Positions 61,261-64,000 of a DNA stretch of 64,000 nucleotides are shown piece after piece (position 1 is the stretch's first letter; each line of letters starts with the position of its first letter). The translations under genes and the position numbers were made by a program. This DNA comes from Lama guanicoe (taxonomy: Eukaryota). The stretch is taken from assembly GCA_013239625.1 (NCBI GenBank), contig MU054323.1:10137186-10201185 (forward strand), read 5' to 3'. Below the pieces are notes generated by a model. That model was not told the origin of the DNA. It searched no databases and saw only the letters and a program-made list of their open reading frames with translations.

Positions 61261-64000
61261 GGCGGAGGAGGCCATCGATAATTTGAAGTAGAGGTATTGT
61301 CTCACAGGCTTCAGATAGGTGGCCTGCAGAGGCCAGGTCACAGGATGGGTACATTTTGCCGGATGAGGGAGAACAAAGGACAGGAAAGGTTTGAATCATG
61401 GTAACCCAACTTTACCCCAGGACAGTGACATGAAGGAGACGGAAAGATGCTAGGTAGAAAAGGGGGCAGGAAAGACACAGTGGGGTCACCTAACTGCCTG
61501 TTTCCCCCGGGGCTGGCTTTGAATTTCTGTTGTGATATGATGGTACTTGAGAGAACACAGTGACGTGTGTGGCCCAACATAGAATGAACTGGGTTGGGTG
61601 TGCACAGCATTGGGCTCCGGGGTCGAGCACTGACTTTATTTCAGAGTTTTATTTTGAACCTACTTATTTAGACCATATGGTGACATTATTTAAGCCACAC
61701 TGACCAATGGCTAGAGACCTAGTATGTTAAAAGTCATTCTTATTTAGGAAATAAGTCTACTAATTTTAACTGTTCAGTAGATGATTATTCTAAATGATTG
61801 ACTCAGAGACATAGAATATGGACCATCAGATGGCAAGCAAGTAGAAGAATTTATTTTTTATTCTTCATGCTCTTTATTTCACTACACTAACTTATAATAC
61901 AAACACAGTAGTTAATACAAAACTCACATCATCACATATATTTTTAGTAATTGTTAATAATATCCCTTGGTACATAGGCCCTTATTTACAAACAATGTCA
62001 CATAAGCTGCTTGAATATACAAGAGACATTCTTAATGGAGCTTGTGTGGGCTGAACCAATTAAGTAGGTTGTGTTAAAATCTTATTATAAGCAGAACATG
62101 ATGCCTTTGCATAGGCAAAAAGAATTTTTTCTAGCAAAATTTCTGTCAGTGCTCCCTTTTTACAAGAGGGAAAAAGAATCTATGTGGAAGAATTAGAGAG
62201 TTAGATGGGCACACATTACTGACTGTTTTTTCATGATACTTGATAGAAGCAAAAATCACAGCCTTTTCCCTTGAGGAGCAAGGCACCAAGGAGTGTGGGG
62301 ACCTTTTTTCCTCTTGTCCCTTTAGAATACCTAGCAAATAGAACTTCATGGTGAAGTATGGAAGTCGGGTCCTGGTGCTGAGGGGCGGCAGTAGGTTCTG
62401 AGTTAAGTTAGTAAAGACACTTCTAGGTGTTTAAATTGAGGCTCTTAGCTTGAAACATAACCTGTCCCCTGTGATCACTGGTGTTATTTAAGAAATGTTC
62501 ATAAATCTTGTTTAATTTCAGCTCTAGAATTCTAAATGAGCCCAGATGTCAAGTTCGCTGCTACTGTGGACGTTCAGGCCTTTACCCACAGGCCTCTGTC
62601 CTCGGGGGGACTTGGTGTCAGGACTGGATGTTTAGGCAGAGTTGTTCAAATTGGATAAATGAAATGAAATAGGGGCTGTCAGGAATCGCCTTGCACTGAG
62701 CTGAACTTGGATTCTAAGCATTCCTGGCGTCGGGGGTTTCAGTATCCACGTGCTGTGCTCTCCTTGGCTGGGCTGATCTCACAGAGCTCTTTCATCTCCA
62801 GCCTAATAGAGTCCGTCATAGTGTTAACTCAAAGTACCCTCACCTTGTTGAAGACGGAACTAATTATTTTTCACGTAACAAATCAAGTCAGACGGACTTG
62901 GGAATGAATCATGTTAAAATTATATGCACAGCGTCAAGCCATTCTTTTTATTCTTTCTCTAACATGACTTCCAAGATTCTGCTTAAATCTGTCAACAGCG
63001 TTCGTGATACTGGCTGTCCCTGACAGTTCTTGTTGTGAAGGATAGGTGTTACTGTGCAATGTCTTTGGGAAAAATACTCTGAAATGGATTTTAAAGTGAA
63101 TTTTAATAGTCATATAAAGTCCCATATTGGTGGCTGGGGAAAGTGGACTTTGCATTACAGACAATAGAGAAGAGTAAAGTGAAAATTTTCAGTCTCCTTT
63201 ATGGAACCTGCCAGTAAAAATGGATTTCTAATTAGAGTTCCGATAGATTATATATATTGGTTTAAAATGTTGTGATTTTCTCAAGTGATTTTGTTTCCTC
63301 TTTCTTGAAGGGACTAGAGCTTAAGGAATTAAGAAATATAATGAGATTTCTTGAGGCCTCACTTCACACTCCCTGTGGGTGACAGAGGAAAATCCAGTGT
63401 CATGTTTGGTTTTAGTTTCTTTTCTTTTGTAAAACATCACCAGCTGCTTACTGGTACATACGTGAGGAAAATGAATCTCTCTTTAATCTTCATTTCTCTC
63501 AGAACTGTGAGATACAACATAAATATTATTTTGAGTTAATGCAAAAATATTTAAATTGGTTTTTTTCTCAACTGTTAGATGCACTAAAATGTAGGAAATT
63601 ACCGTAATCTTCACAGTCCTCTCTTGTGGTGGGACATTTGAGCTGACTCTTTTTGGGGGGATTCCCTATTCCTAGATTCACTGTGAAGCTCTGTAACTTG
63701 GAGCAGGTTTCAAAAAATTGCCATCCAGTGGCAGTGGCTGTCTCTACAAACCTGAAAAGAGGGATTCAGCCCAATCCAGTGGTGACTGAGAGAGGGTTCC
63801 TGTTATTAGTGAATCCCTCATTGTAATGGTTCCATGATGCTTGTTCGGGGATGCCTGACTCCACATACACCTCCTGGTCTCGACGTGTGGCTTATCCTGG
63901 GCTCTGTTACTCTGGGAACAGGCACGGACAAAGTGTACCAGATATGTCATTGAATATTAGGTGTGATAAAAGTAACCTTCAGGTGAAAAGTTGCATGATT

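Noticed and set aside
60600..64000. ALK coding exons
   Set aside because: No kinase or ALK C-terminal peptide is recognisable in the ORF track. The gene expected from synteny would lie beyond the window.

Overview
This is mammalian genomic DNA, AT-rich and repeat-dense. Two tRNA-Ala-derived SINEs resembling the camelid Vic-1 family suggest alpaca, llama or camel. The window holds the complete coding region of CLIP4 (CAP-Gly domain-containing linker protein 4, also RSNL2/CLIPR-76) on the + strand. There are 15 coding exons from ATG 5111 to TAA 58640, which splice in frame to 2118 nt, i.e. 705 aa with ankyrin repeats and three CAP-Gly domains. A 3' UTR of about 1.9 kb follows. The non-coding first exon and promoter are not visible and presumably lie upstream. 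Introns contain L1, L2, CR1/L3, MIR, hAT and Tigger DNA transposons (including a near full-length dead Tigger1) and several solo LTRs. I see no evidence of a wholly new biological system. The most interesting observations are: a sense-oriented solo LTR with PBX/MEIS-type repeats upstream of the ATG exon; a GC-AG intron followed by a young L1 stub carrying a poly(A) signal; an intron-11 read-through that adds a hydrophobic tail; an exact 176-bp spaced duplication; a chimeric L1 and a candidate L1 3' transduction; an extremely GC3-rich last exon with an apparently frameshifted C-terminus; and clustered miR-17~92 seed sites in the 3' UTR. Repeat family names and comparisons with human CLIP4 come from memory and need RepeatMasker/BLAST confirmation. 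Exon numbering assumes one upstream non-coding exon.
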